From the NCBI GenBank assembly GCA_036172245.1, contig JAYWIR010000003.1, forward strand, positions 5,766,001-5,830,000: a stretch of 64,000 bases of DNA. Direction: 5' to 3'. This document shows positions 12,451 to 26,651 of the stretch, in pieces. The notes under the pieces were generated by a model that was not told the DNA's origin, ran no database searches, and worked only from the letters and a program-made list of their open reading frames with translations. The stretch is from Raillietiella orientalis. Lineage: Eukaryota. Within the stretch, counting starts at the first letter, position 1. The number at the start of each line of letters is the position of its first letter. Made by a program: the position numbers and the translations under genes.

Positions 12451-14299
12451 ATATGCGTTTTCTAGTAGCATGCCCGATGGCGCACTTTCTTTTCTACACC
12501 TCTGTCGGATGGGTAGCAGCAGCAGCAACAAACGTCACCACCATTCCTGTGTTTCTTTTCTCCTGAGATGTGTCCAGGCTAGAGGGAGACCTGAAAAGCC
12601 TCGATCAAATTCAAAGGGAGCGGTCCCTCCCTCACTCTCGCTGGCCTTGGACCGGACTGGGGAGCTGCCTCGGGCAGAAGAGGGCTAGGATTTCGAAGCT
12701 CAGATCCGGACGAGGTCCGTCGCGTCATCTCGGACCAACCGCGTCCTGCCTTCACGTCTCCGCTCCTTGCTTTCTTCTTCCGGTGTTCTGCAACGAGGAT
12801 CCGGTTGCGTGAGGGAGCGAGGCATGGCAAAAAGAGTCTGCCACCTCTTTCGGTGAGGAATGCCGCGGGGCCGGTGTTGCAGGGAGTGGCACTCGCATTC
12901 CCTATTCTTTCACGAGACTCGCCAGGGGAGGCGCCTGCTCATCCTCAGCCAGGTGCAGCGACCAGAGTCGCTAGAAAGGTTCCTCCTCCTCTCCCTTTTC
13001 TTCGCGGTGCTCTCCTCCAAAAGTGTGAAAGGGGGATAAAAGAGGATTGACTCCCTCTTCTTGCCACCGATGCGCAATCGGTCAGCAGACAGGACAGGCC
13101 GGAACGATCGCACTCATGACAAGCTCTGAGCTCGGGGACGTGACCTTGCAGCAAGGCCCGCCGGAGGAACTCAGCGGCTTCCGCAACAGTGCCAGTGCCG
13201 GAACCGCTATCGTGCATCCCAGCTGCTGGACCGAGATCAGCATCTCTCCTCCAGCAGACGGTTCCGTCTCCCTCTGGGACAGGCAGGGATTTTTCCATCC
13301 TTCCTTCTTTGCCTTCTCCCCTACGGGAGAGGACACAGGATCTCGGTTTACTGAGACGCTGGCAGATGGACCAAATTTGGCTCCCTGCAAAACGGAGGGC
13401 CTCTGGGACGTGCATTTGTCTTTGCACGCAGTCCCACGATTCCGGCACAGTTTCCTGAGGGCTCCGTAGGAGAAACCGCGGTCGGGAGGAGGGGGTGGAT
13501 GTCTTCCTTGCCTTCAACTTCGAAGACCATCAAGGAGAGAGCATCCGCAGTCGCAGCTATACCCTCCTTCCTCTACATCTCGCCCTCATCTCCTCTTCAC
13601 CCTTTTTACAGTGTGTGAGAACATAGAGCTGCGGTGGGACAGCCCCCCTGCCTTGGGGCTTTCCTCCTGAGAGAATCGCCGACCTTAGCCGCACCACCTA
13701 CGGGCGTCACTTCCCGGCAAGCCGCTGAACCCGAAGGAGAGTTCAGGGAGTCCCTGAGATCTCCTTCGCTCGGTGGCCGCCAGGGGAAACGAGAAGTTCG
13801 TGGGCAAGCATGCGTCCCCCCAGCTGAAAGAGATGACGGTGGCCTGCGCGCCGCGTGGTGGGCAGGTGCCGAAGCTGAGCTTGCCCTTCCGCACCAGAGT
13901 GCAGGGGTGGTAGCGAAAGCTAAACGGGAGTCCCGGAACCCGTTTTGGGAAGTCTGCTGCTGCTCCCACGGTGAAACGTGTTCCCCTCAGTTGGATTTCG
14001 ATAGCGGCTAGGTCTCTGGCAGGAGGCCTTCCAAGACATCATTCTTTTCCACCACCATACCGCCATTCTTCCCACCCGCTCCTCTCGAGCTTGCGCGGCG
14101 TTCGCCTCCGAGCGACCCGGCGGTGGCGAGCTGATCGATCCAAGCCCAAGTCCTCTGGCACGCAGAGGACTTGGGCTTGTGAAGGATGCAGATGCCCGGG
14201 TCGTCTCCCTCTCCAGTAGTAGATGTTCTTTCCGAGCGCGCCGGACTTGTCCCGTCCTTGCTTAACCCCCTGCATTAGCTGGCGCCTTCGGCACTAGCA

Positions 14300-16520
14300 G
14301 GGGTCATCAATCTTTCGTGGAAAAGACATCTACCTCCTCTCCTCCAGGCTTCACGCATAGCTGGTGTCCGATCAGGGATCCAAAGTGTCCCAGTTTCTCC
14401 CTGCATCGGGTCACGGGGGAGGCGCACCCATCTCGAGAGAATACTTTCCCACTTCTTCAGGCGAAGAGGGCGCGTTCCCTTGACCACTGCTCTGGCGTTT
14501 CCCTGGATAATGCGCAGAGGTTGCTTCCCGAGCTCCTGCCGCATCCGTGAACGGGAAGGAGGAAGCCGATGAATGGTGGAGGAGTTGCGTGATAGTCTGC
14601 ACCCACGGGGAAGCGCAGACTCCGCCTGCCAAGGGTGTGGGCAGCTTCGAGTCTTCCCGTCTTCTCCCTCCTTCTCTTGCGGAGGAAGGAGGACGGGCAA
14701 GAGGGGATCCGCGCGTGGGGAAGGAGGAGAGAGAGGAGGAAAGGAGATGCCCAGAGGGCAGCGGCGGAGGCTTGGAGCAGGTCGGGGTGATCCCCAGCTG
14801 CGCTGCGGGACGGACACAGGAAAGGTGCGGCCTCAGCGGGGCTGGCTGACGCCATCCATAGGGAGCGCGCCGCTAGGGATGCCGGAAGCCAGAAAGGGAG
14901 ACGCATCAGACTTAGGACTCTCTCGATGGCGAATCTCCGTCGCTGGGCCATGAAGGGGTCGTCACTCCCATCCGAGCCGATCGACAGCTGCCTGGAGCCC
15001 TTCTTTCGCCCCTCGGGAGGTCCTGAGCGTCGGGCTCGGGGTCTCATCGAAGGCCAGCAGAAGTCCGAAGAGCTGAACGAGGTCCTTTTCTCAGGGACCG
15101 TCGGACGAGGAGGCCCCGCAGCCCCTGTCCGCCCTCCCCATCCTCCCCCCCTGTCCACAGACAGCAGGGCAACTTTTTCCCGCTTCTCCGAAAACCCGAG
15201 CTATGGTGGGGCCCAAGCTATTGGGGATTCGTGCGAGGAGGAGCCGAAGTGTCTCCTGGTTCCCATCGTCCCCCTTCCTGCGACTCCAAACAGGAAGTTC
15301 TCTCCGTGACCCCCGGTCTTCCTCGGAGAAGGCGCCTTCTCGGGCGTGACCTTGCCGACTCCGACTCTTCCCAACTCCACCCTCCTTCTTTCCTGGATGC
15401 TGGCAGGCAGTCTCTCCCGGTCCTGCGGGCTGCCTCAGCCCAGCTCCGTTCCGCCCTCGGGCGATGCTCGCAGAGGACTACCCGTCGCCCGAAGCGTCGG
15501 CCCCATCCATGCGCGGGTTGGCCAGACGCCGAGGAGCGCAGGAGCAACCACAACCCGTACACTCTTCGCTGCAGCCCCATTCCTCAGTCCGCTCCCCCTC
15601 CCTTTTCCCCTTCCCTGAGCGAGCCGCGGCGGCGTCTTCCGCTCCCCTCGAGCGTGCGCAGCGTTCGCCTCCGAGCGACCCGGCGGCGGCGGACTGATCG
15701 ATCCGAGTCGTGACGTCACCGCCACCCGACGACTATGGCGGATTGGCGGCGCGCACTCGGCGGCGGAGTAACGCGGACTGTATGCCCGATCGGAGGTAGG
15801 CCTCCTCCTCCTCCCAGCCTCCTCCGGACACCTGCTCTCAGGGATGGACCTTCTTGAGGTTCCCTTCCGGCGCCTCGGGAGGGGGAGGTGAGCGCAGGAG
15901 TGGCCTTGCGGACCCGCTGGTCCGTGCGGCCACCTGCGCTCGGGTGCAGCGCGCCCACGAAGGCGCGCCCCTCGCCCCTCCGTGCGCACCCGCACGCGCT
16001 TTCGTTTCCTTGCGTGCGCGCGAGCGTGTGTTGGGGAGGGTGCGTTCGTGTCTATGCGCAGGGTGTCGTGCGCGCTCCGGAGTATTGCGGGTTCGCCATC
16101 TGAGCTTCAGGCGCCAGCAGTCGTACGTGTGTGACCCTTGAGGTTCGGCGGCACGGTCTCCTACCAAAGTACCTGGGCGAGCGCCTGCTCTTCCTCAGGA
16201 AGGAGGAGGCATCCCGTTACCCGGGGCAAATGCAGCAGCACCTCGGGCGCCGCCGCGCGAAGGCTGCCCAGAACCTGCGCGCGTTCCAGGAAGGAGCACG
16301 CCCGACCGCTCGGAAAAAGCCTGCTGTCCCTCATCAAGTCCAGATGCATCCAGATCATCGGATGCTGCATCCTCAACATCCATCTTTTCCCGGAGCAGAT
16401 CACCGATGCACTCGCCAATCCTCCACTGCAGCTTCCGGAGAACTCGCTCGCAGGGCCTCCTCCCTCCTGGACCCCTCCACCCTCCTCTTCCTGCGGGCGG
16501 CAGGTCGTTCATGACCTCCT
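14300..16520 (+). mobile_element. Decayed LINE RT relic, I/jockey-like, interrupted at ~15590-16130
   Basis: NLRRWAMKG, LIEGQQKSEE...SGTVGRGG, AQLRSALGRC, YTLRCSPIP, then after the interruption PKYLG...RAKAAQNL, LLSLIKS, QITDALANPP (R.ITGA....P). A possible endonuclease remnant at ~13050-13400 may belong to it. Confidence 0.5.
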
Positions 16521-19084
16521 TGGTTGGTCAAGTCTCGGGGCGATCCCTCGTCCGAACAAGTCCTGGGGCCGGGAATGGCTTTCCTGGAGAAGGAGGAGTG
16601 GGCGAAACAGGAACCCTCTCCCACGCAAGCCTCCGGAGAAGGAAGGCACCGGCTGGCTCCGTTCCCTATGGAGGGGAGAGGAGGAAATTCCCGGAGTTCC
16701 CGGGCGGCGGCAGCATCAGCAAGCCGGCGCGCCCGCCCTCCGCCGCCCGATTTCTCCCCCCTCCTCCTCTCTCCTAGCGCCGCCAACTCCGTTCCGCCCG
16801 GACATCCAGACGGACGTCGTCCTGATGACCCGAAACAGTTCCGCCCACCCGGGGGGGAGCCAAAAAAAGGAAGGGGGGAAGTGCGGGCAGATCGCGCCGC
16901 GGTAAGTCGCGCTCCATCCCGGTGGATCGCTCGGCGCAGCCACCCCTTACTCCTCCTCTTCCGCCCTCCCTCCCGACTTCAGGGAGTGGGCAGGGGGCCT
17001 GGAAGACCCCTCCCTCTGCTGACCTGGAAACGAGGCTGCTCGGAGGGAACCTCCGAGGTGGCGTTCCGCGCGCTGGTCCAGCACGCACTTCCGTGATCAT
17101 CGCCGGTTCTCATGCCTTCCGCAGAAGCGGTGGCCGTCCGCGCGGCTGGAGACGGTCACGCTTCCACGTCTTTCACCACCGAAGGTTCCGGATGCCCCCC
17201 CCCTTTCCAAGGAATGCCCGGGAGGATGCCGCCGCCGCTCCCCTCAGAAAATTCTTGCGCCTCCTCCTCTCAGCTCGCCGCCGCCACTGCCGCTGGCGGC
17301 GTCGGCGGCCCCTTCCTCGTCTCCTGCGTTTCGTGCGCGCACGCGGCCGTCGCCGCCGCCGCCTCGGGCGGAGATCAGCCCCTCCCCCGGAACCGTTCCG
17401 GAGATCTCCCCTCGGAGAGCACCAATCAGCGGGAGAGGATTGTCCGGCAGCCTGCCCGAGGTCCGCCGAGCGTTGCCGCGTGCGCCCGCTTTTTGCCGCT
17501 GGAGGCCGCGGGAGGGAGGGAAAGGCCGGTGCTCGAAGGCTGTGCCGGCTTGTCGGATGGCGGCGCAGGAGGCGCCACTCGAGCCCGCGGACCGAGAGCC
17601 GCCGCCACGCTTCCCTCGAGAGGGCGGCTGCCACAATTGTTCCAGGGGGACGCGCGCTCTCGAGCAGCGTCATCATGGCTCCTCCTACCCTTCTTCCCCC
17701 CATCCCCTTCCATGGCGACGCCAGGATAGTCCTCCCGCTCCTCGGCAACCGGAGCTAGCAGGAGCGGGAGGAGGAAGGGCCGATCTGGAAAGCCACGGAG
17801 CTCTCCCGTCTCCTGGCGCGCGCTGTGCGTCCTCCGGAAACAGGGGGAAAGGGGGGATGGGAAGGAAAGATCGATGTCCCGAGGAAGCGGGAAGAGGCGG
17901 GATCCCGTTACGTAACCTAACGACGCATCCTCCACCCGCTGCGTTCCCTCGTCCCGGCTTCCCCTCTCCGGACGAAAGGGGAAACCATCGCGAACCGGGA
18001 GGAGGAGGGAGAGACCGCGTCGCTCGGAAACGTCGCCGCGGGTTCGCGGGCTGACATCCCGTTGGCGGAGCAACAGCTCTCGAAATCAAACGCCGCGATC
18101 AAAGCCCGCGCGTTGCTTCCTCCTCTCGGATCGCGAGATGCGCTAGTGGCGCGTCCATTCGGAGAGCCAGCGAGGTCTGAAACCCGGAGGGAAAGCGCAG
18201 CTCGGGAGGAAGGCGGAACGCGCTTCCTCTCCTCTCCCCCTCCTTCTCTCTCCCGCGTGATCGATGGCTGATGACGGATCTGCTGACCCAAAGCCCGGGA
18301 GAGATTGCCGCCGTGTACGCTCGTTCGGCGGGAGCGGACGGAAGTCGCGAGAACGGATGTGAGCCGCTCTGAGCGAGGGAGGAACAGCGGAGGAGGGAGG
18401 GGAACGGCGAACCAGAGGAAGAAAAGGGAACACGCGGGAGGAAACCGGAGGAAGCTGCATTGGCACCTTCCGGAAGCGTCAGGAGTAGGACCGTTCCTGG
18501 CGGCTTGCAGACGCCTGCGGGGAACATCGAGAACCCGCGCGGCGGCAAGGGACTTCACGCAGGGATGCAGACACCGAGGTGCCTCCCCTTCCCTGAACCC
18601 CTTCCTCCCATTCCTCTCACTTTCCTTCCCGTTTCCCTAGCCGCGTCGAGGGAGGAACCGATAGCGACGGGAAAAGAAAGGTGCCGCACCCCACCTCTGC
18701 CGCGGCAAGCCGACCCTCCGCGTAGGAGCAACTCCCTCCATGGACTAGCCACCACCCGAAAATGGCAAGTCCCCCGGCACCCATCCCCGCCACTGCTAGA
18801 AGGACGGCTCTCCTTGACTCTTTGGCGCGGGCGCGCCTGTTTCCTCCAATCGTTCCTGCAGCATCCGCCTTTCGGAAGGCCGACCGCCTTCGAACGATTG
18901 CATGATCACGTGGATTGAGAGGGATGCGCTCTTCCGCTGGCGCTGCCGCCGTGGGATCAGCAGCCGCACGTGTCCCAAGCAGGGAAAGGAAACGCTGGAG
19001 CGTCACTCGAGCATCTCAGCAGCCGCGTGCGAAAAGTTCGGTAGCGGCTGCGTAGCCAAGCAACGCGGAGGACTGGAAGCGGGC

Positions 19085-19900
19085 TCAGTTCTCGGATGAG
19101 AGAGCAGAGATGGGGCGCACCCGCGAGCCATCTCGGGGCTCCTGGTCGCATCTCATCGTTGCCTCAAGCTTCCTTGTCTCGGAAGCAAGCTCCTTTGGGA
19201 GTGCCTGGAAACAGACCACACCGGATCGCGTATTCAAACATGCATTCACGTGCCCTGGGAGCGCGCGACGTGGCGCGCCGACACGCAGGTCCAACAGAGG
19301 CACCCTTGACGTTAGCACGGTGAGGTCAACGGGCAGTTGGGGATAAGAATGGATAAATAGACGCACGGAGAAACACCGGGTGCAGACGTTCGCCGTCTTC
19401 AAGAAGCAAATGGGGTGGACGGGAGAGGAAGGGTCGCCGGGCTTCTGGACCACCTCTTTCCAGCAGTCTTTCCCGCAGTCTGGGCGGCCTCACAGTTTCA
19501 GGACAAAGGCACAGCCCCTTCTCGGTCCCCCGCGCTGTGGGTGCGACCGAGCGAGTGCCCGGCGGCGACCGCGTGCGCCGCCGCAGCGCGGATGTGGCCC
19601 GATGGGGCCTGAAGAACGGCCGCAGGAGCTGCCGAAGGGAGCCCTCCGGGGGCAAGAGGGCTGCCGGTGCGTCTCGCCTCCTCCGTGCTCTGCAGATGAA
19701 GGGGCAAGCCAGAAGCCTTTGGGGTTTTTTCCTCCTATCCAGCGGTGGGCCGGTGCTGGTCTCACGGAGGACTCCGCTGCGGGAATCGCGCCCTCGCGTG
19801 CTGCCACCGGAGGACCACCAGTTTGTCCAGGGATGATTGTCTGCCCACCGGTGCGGCTTTTAAACGCAGCTCTTGGCGTCGCGGCGAACTGAAATTCCCA
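19085..19900 (-). mobile_element. Decayed Penelope-like element RT relic, copy 1
   Basis: Minus-strand fragments in the order expected for Penelope RT: HAVAAGHSLG (cf. G.AMGS.L.P), PICFLKTANVC (cf. P..Y.RYVDDIF, catalytic residues lost), FIHSYPQLPVDLTVLTSRVPLLDLRV (cf. LN..HP.I.FT.E....LPFLDV.V). By-eye call; edges approximate. Confidence 0.55.
19267..19753 (+). repeat. Direct repeat core, copy 1 (pairs with 61744-62231)
   Basis: Manual alignment: 4 substitutions and one 1-nt indel in 487 bp; weaker similarity continues to ~19215 and ~19813. Confidence 0.97.
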
Positions 19901-22249
19901 AAGCGACCAGCCGCTTATCGATTTACCTACTCCTGCTGCGCAGCAGGTGACCTCCCACCTAGCCGGTTGGCTGCTGCGGTTACGCTCCCAAAGAGAGACC
20001 CACTCTGCGGCCACGAGAGTGTTGCTGGCGCGGTGCCCACTTCTGGGACCCTGTCGTATCTCCTACAGGGGCACTGTTGCAAGATAGTTGGATGTCACGG
20101 AGCAGTGCCCCTGGTCCGAGGCCGTTCAAAGAGAGCAGCGTTCGTGCATCCACAGCATCCTGCCGCCACGCACGGGAAGGCTTTGCTGGAGAAACGCGTG
20201 CTTCGAGGAGTGCTCCAGTTTCCTCCCAGAGGTTCCGTGTGGGACGATGAGCGAGTAGGTAGCGCCAGCCGGCGAGTTCATTAGGAGATGCTGGAGCATC
20301 CGGAGCCCCGCCACGGCCTCCAAGTGATTGCCGCAGTGTTCGTTGCAGGTCTGCAGGCGAGCCGGGATGCAGAAACGGCAGCACGATGGACCTGTGAAGC
20401 GGCGGAGCTGCAGAACAAACCACTACACCGTGAGCTCCATGCTCGGAAGACGTGATTCAAGAAGAGATGAATGGCTGAAGAATGCAAGGAGGAAGAGTTG
20501 ATGAAAATGTTCGTGTTCGAGGAAACGGAACTCGACAAGAGGCAAGTCTCAGAGCGGTCCCGCGTGCTCGGCGAAGGGCTTTTATGCTTGGAGGCGCCTG
20601 CAGCGCAGTTTTCAAATGGAGTTTCCATTTTCTGATCCGATGCCCATCCAGCTGCAAGACAAGTGCAGGTCCATCAAAGATCGGATGAAATGCCCGTTTG
20701 CATGGCGGCACGGAAAAAACAGAAAGGGAGCGGAAGAATAGCCTCGAAGCAAAAAAAGAATGCGAGAAAAGAGAAGCGTCCACTAATTCGGCCCGCTGCA
20801 AATCTCCACCTCGAATTTTCCGACAGTCTTTCGTGCATCTTCTTGAGAGAGACTGCAGCAGGCTGTAGCGCGGCTTTCTTGCCCCTCATGACATGGGGAA
20901 CAATTTGCAGCCCAATGTGCCAGGTGGATCCTTTGACTTGGTATGGCATGAGGCAAGGTGTGCGACTGAGATCAAAAGCTAGAAACCTCCGGTCTCCGAG
21001 ACCTCAGCTGCTTTCCATAGCATTCCACGAAGCCATCGACGGTGAAGCAGTGCGCTCGCCACTGCTCTCTTCCGAAGGTGCGTTTCCAGACTCCTTTCTA
21101 GTCGCAAACGTCGAAAGAACGCTAAAAGAATTGTGTGGATCCCTGCTCTTTCCCGAGTGGACAGCTTCTCTGTTTCTAAAGAGACAGAAGAGTACAATGC
21201 ATTCGCCGAACTGTGACGAGAAGAGGACTGCAGCATCGTGTGGTTGGCATCGGATTCCATCGAATCGCTCAATCAGAGGAAATGAAAAGAGCTTCCAAAA
21301 CTTTTCTGATGGAACTCTTCAGTGGCGTCAGGAAGTCAAATCTTCCAGCGTCCGCCAAAGAGGTACGTCACATCCATTGCTCCAAAACTCCTGTTTGGCT
21401 AATTCAAGGACGAACTCAGAGGAAGCAAAGAGAAGATGAAATCAATGAAATGACTAGTACGAGAGTGAATGCCTACAAAAGATCCCAAGCGAAGATTTCC
21501 GGTGCAACACTATGGAGATGGCGGTTTCAGATGCCAAGTGTCTGGAGTCTGTTCTTACCGTCGGGTGAGGTTTGCGCAGTTGGATCGCATCCAGAGAAAG
21601 ACTTCTCCACTTTGAACCCTATCGCCACAAAAAAGCCACGCCAAGGAATCGGTGGAAATTGGGTCGAGATGGGCACTGCTCGGAGGGCGAATTTGCCATG
21701 CGGCTTGGTTTCAGAGTTCGAGAGGAAACGCTCTTGTTCCACACATGGGATTTAGGTGGGCATGTTTGCTATTCACGTACCACTGTACGATACACGTATC
21801 CTTGGTGTTTCGAATGGCTGATTAGGGTTACATTAGTAAAACACCAGACGTTACATGACGAACAAATGATTTTACTATAGCTTCAGTCGATCTCATTACG
21901 ATCTTCATGCTCTCCCTACTGCTCACTGTGGTGATGACATCATTTTTTGTTCCAAGCCTTATCATTACATTTCTTCGATGCACTTCTCATGCCGCACTCG
22001 TGGCACCGCGTTCAGGGAGTGAACTTGTGATTTTCAAACAGTTGGTTTCCTTCGAGACCAAAAGGTCACTTCTTTCCTCCGAGAGGTCACTCTTTCGACT
22101 CCACTCTTCTCAAGGACACCGAGAGAATAACATGATTTATGCCGCCGGTCATTTTTTTGGTTACGTTTCTTAGAAAAGGTTGAGACGATCTCCGAGTGGA
22201 CTACTTTGCGTGGGATGCGTGGATCATCTCAACCTTCACTGCATGTCAG

Positions 22250-23480
22250 TATTTTCATCCGTAAGTGAGGAACACGAGGGGTGTCGATGGGTTTTGTTCA
22301 TGTGCTCTTCCATTCTATCGATGAAATCAATCCCACAGCGGCTGTTGTGGAAAGTCTCCAGCACAAAGAAATAAATTTCTCCCAGAGTTTTTGCGAACGC
22401 AATGAGAATGCTTGGGGACATTTTCTATCACTTTTCCAAGTCATCCATTCGATCCACACCCATTGGGAACCGCTGATGACTCAGAAGGCGCGTACTACAG
22501 ACGCCTCGGCTGTACCGTACGTTGGACCGCACCATCGCGTTCTTCGTGCACTCTGTACGCATGCGGAGGATCTCAAGTCCTCGTAAGACCAGGTCGCTTC
22601 GAGGAACCGGCCACTGACCCTGGAAGCGATGCCGGCACTCCTCCGGAAGGAGAGCGGAGGAAAGGCAATGGTTCTCCTCCCTTTGTCGTGCCATCTCCGA
22701 GCTCGAGAGGCGACAGCGAACACCGAGGATGGTGATCCGATCAGAGTACCGAAGGTGAGACGGAACTTTCGAGATGAGTCCCGGGCTGCCAGCCAGCCTC
22801 CAGAACTCACCGCTCTCCGGGACTTACCAAATTGCCTCACCGTTCCCACGCCGCCTCTCCGGCGTTTCTCACCAGATCGTCTCGCTGTTCCCGCGCATCC
22901 TCTTTGACCTGATCGCCGTGTTTTCTGGCGATGAAACCAGAAAGTCTCACTCGGGGACAACAAGAATACGCAGAATCGCATCTGCTGCGCGAACGATCCG
23001 TACCTTTCCTTGCGGGTGCCGCTCATGTCGGTAGTGAGTTGAGGCTAGGCGTGACGCACGAAGGAGAAGGGTATACGTGAAAGTGGTCAAATCGATTTTA
23101 TGGTATCCGAGGGATCAGATCCATTCTGCGGAAGCAGTCATGGAAAGTCATCAGCACAGAGGAGCGAATGAAACTGGTTGCGCTGGAAGCCATCCGAAGC
23201 TTGCGCGAGAACGCACTGGCGGAACGCACGCGGTGCGCGAAAAGGTTGCATCAGAACAGGAAACCAGCAAGGAATGGTGCCGGAGGCGGCAGGATTGCGA
23301 TGGTGCCATGTCGGGTTGCGCGAAGAGTTCCGAAAGCTATTGGTTCTGCATGGAGAGTCCCCATCGTCCCAGGTCGTTCTGATGCAAAAGCAAGGAAGAG
23401 TAGACGCAGGGTTCGAGTTTTCAGGGTGGAATCCTGTCTTAGCAAATGGAACTTCTTCTCAAGACTTTCCTCATGGAACG
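22250..23480 (+). mobile_element. Decayed LINE RT relic, RTE-like
   Basis: GF...FHSIDEI (GFR...STIDHI), FLSLFQVIHSIH (FIDF.KAFDSI), YAESHLL (YADD), PVLANG (PVLLYG). Confidence 0.4.
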
Positions 23481-26143
23481 GGCATTGCTTCATCATTCCA
23501 GGGCTCCAACAGACTAGGGGCAAACTTGAAACGCTAAGAAACTGCCAGCCTTCCCTGGTTCCCTGTCAACTCACTCACCACACGGTCAACCCCTTGAAGG
23601 ATTGGTCCGTGGCTAGAGGAATGAGCATTCGTTTCGCCTCTCGCATGGCCTCACCGATGGCAAAGACAAATGGTTTCGCGGAGAGAGGCGGCCTGCGTTG
23701 CTTTGGCGACGGTCGTGAGCGGGACCCTGAGCGTGCTTTCAGCCCTTCTTGATTTTGGAGATTACGAAATAGGCAGGCGAAAAAGGACGGGATCCAGTTC
23801 TTGCCTCATTGGGGATCTTGGATGGAGTGAACTTGGCAGCTGAAGCTCTCGAGAAGACGAAAACTTCAAGGAGGGCAACACGCTGACTTGCACTTCGCAC
23901 CTCCTCGGCGCCACTCCTGCAATCTAGAAAGTTGTGGAATGTCGACCGCCATCCCAGGAGAATGATGCATGTCCAACCCGAATGCGCGCCATATTCCCGA
24001 GAGGAGCTGGTCCATAATCTTTGCGACAGGCATTACACTGCTCTTCGAGATGGACAGCGGAAGGACCTTCCGCAGTAATTGAGGCTTGGATCTCAGTGAC
24101 TCTCCAAGAAATCGGATAAAGTTTTCTGTCGTTTCGGCCCCACTGATTGCAGGAAAGCGCAAGTGGGGGGACCCGATAATTGGGATCAGATAAATGCGTC
24201 CAGAGGGATGTTTTGATCTTGTTATCGGATGCGATGCGTGGACACTCATCGTGGTCGGACAGACACCTAGCGATCTCCCTTCCAGTCGGAGCCGCAGCAG
24301 CATTGCTTCTCTCGCTGCTCATTTTCCTTCGGGAGTGGGAAGGAAAAGGAGTGTCACTTCCTTGGCGACGCTGAACAACGGGCATGAGGAAGGAAGCAAC
24401 AGAGGTTCCCACTCAGTGCCTGCGGTCAGCTGACCTGCGGAAGCGGGAAGGGAACCGTTCAAATTGAAGGATTCCGCCTCTTGGACCAGCTCACCGGTTG
24501 CACCACGACCCCACGAGGGCGGGGAGGAAGGAGAGAAAAAGAGCATGAGGAAGATGAAAAGAAGAAAAAAGCGCCCGGCCAGACGAGCGCACGTTTTCGG
24601 AGGCAGAGCTCACTTGCTGGAGGTGCTGATCACACGCTGACGCTAATCGGCGGCGACTCCGCTCGCTGGCCCAAACGACGGCGGCGGCGACGCTAAACGA
24701 TGCGTTTCCTAGGAATGGGTGACCTTTTTTGATCGCAGACTCCGACACGACTGCAGCCTAATTATAGCATCCACCCGAGAATCTGGAAGGAGCGCACCTT
24801 ACATTTCGGGCATTGGATCCTTGATTCTCTATGGGAACGAAAATGCCCCGTGTTTGACGGCTCAGCAGTTTAACGACTCATCTCAATCTCATTATGCGGG
24901 TCCATTCAACTGTCGATCTGTCTGCGTCATTGCAATTTACTCGTAAGGTCTGTGGGATGCAGCGCGACTCCACCCAGTGGACGATGCTTTCGCTTCCGTC
25001 ATTCGACCGGCCCTCACCGCGATCGCTCGTCGTCCCAGTAAACCGATTCTCCAGCATCTTCCGCAGAGGACGTCTCCACGTCCCTGTTGTGGAGCCAGGA
25101 AGTCGTTCAGCCTCTGTTGCCATTCTTTCTGAGGGAGGGAGGCCCATCCTTGTTCAAGGAAAGGTCCATTCCAACACGACTCTCAGCCTTCCGATCGCAT
25201 ACATCTTCCCCCTCCTCACCTTGTTTTTTTTCAAAGTGACTTCCGCTTCATAGAGTGAGGAACGACCTGATCGGATTGCTAAGCAGCCGGAGGACACGCG
25301 GTCTTTTGGTAACTCAGCACAGTCAGCTCAGAGGTCAGCACTTGCGACTGAGCGACTCCCCCTTTTGCCATGCATCCCAGTACGGCCCGCCGCAGGCGAT
25401 TTTCTCGGCTCCGTTCTTGTACCTGCGGGACTAGCCGGAGAATGAGCTCCATGGATTTCGTGGCGTTTCCCACTTCTCATCCCCGCCCCAAAGGACGAGT
25501 GCTCGTGATCATGGGTGTTTCTGTTGCAGATCCTCAGCTTCCCTGTGCGAGCATCGCTCTCATCGTTCCAGGAACTGCCGGTCACGAGAGGGAAGGGTCA
25601 TCAAGCAAGGCCTTCGCCTACTCGCTCCTTCAGCTCCTCAGGTCGCCTCCTCTCATTCGCCCTTCCCATCCCGCTCAGACACCACGAAGGCGAAGCCTGG
25701 AGAGATAATCCCGTGGCCCTTGAGATCCCTCGGTTAATCAGATCTTCGTGCCCTCTTGCGTTCATTCTAGTGCCACCCACACCTTCGCCTTCTCCCTGCC
25801 TCGGATTGGTTGGTCACTGTGGTTCGGTCACCCTGCAGTGAGTGACCAGGCTCCGTTCGCTCTCAGCCGGCGATGCTAGTAGCTAGGATACTCCTCCAGC
25901 TGCCTGCATCTCTATCGAAGCAGCAGGTTCTCCGCAGGTTGGTCAGTCCCTGAAGGGATGCCCTAGTACGAGTCCCGATATTCCTCCTCGAGGGCTGCCG
26001 GATCGTCTATCGTCGAGTTACCCTGGAGGGGGGTAGATGCTAGGGATCCCGGTAAAGAACTTCTCTGCAGCGCACGCGCGACCCATGAAACCTGCACCAT
26101 CATCCATGAGACGCGGACAGCATCTCGGAGGTCCGAAGTGTGC

Positions 26144-26149
26144 TTTATT
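26144..26149 (-). terminator. Candidate pb polyadenylation signal AATAAA
   Basis: First AATAAA I find on the minus strand after the stop codon, ~500 nt downstream; no clear GU-rich element follows. Confidence 0.35.
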
Positions 26150-26651
26150 CATTTCCTGGTTCATCTCCAGATGCGACAGGATGCGCTTCGGGAAAGGGAA
26201 AGCAACCCAAGCACAAGAAGAGGGGAGAAGGAATCCCTCCAAGCCTCCCGAGTCCCCAAGGACTCGTGGGGACGGGAAGCAAGTCAGGGGACGCGCGGCA
26301 GCGGCTTCGCATGCCCCTGGCGCACGCTCCCCCATCTCGGCTCGAGTTTCGATTCGGCGAGGCGGTTTCCTTGACGCTCCATCCCCGGGATGGACCCCCG
26401 GAGGCTCCACGCCCTCCGTCTTGCGCGCGCGCTCCCCTTCCTCCTAAGAGGCGCCTCGTGGGGAAAAACGGCGCGAGCGCCACCCTACCGAGTCGCGGAT
26501 CCTGTGGAAGGATGGCAGGTGGGTAGAAGGGAGAGACAGTGCGGAACAACGCGCTTCCCGGAAAGCTCGCGCACGCGGAAGGGAGGGACTGCTGACCTCT
26601 CCGCACCGCCTTCCCCTTCGACCGCGCGTCCCGGGGGATGTCGGTCCAGGA

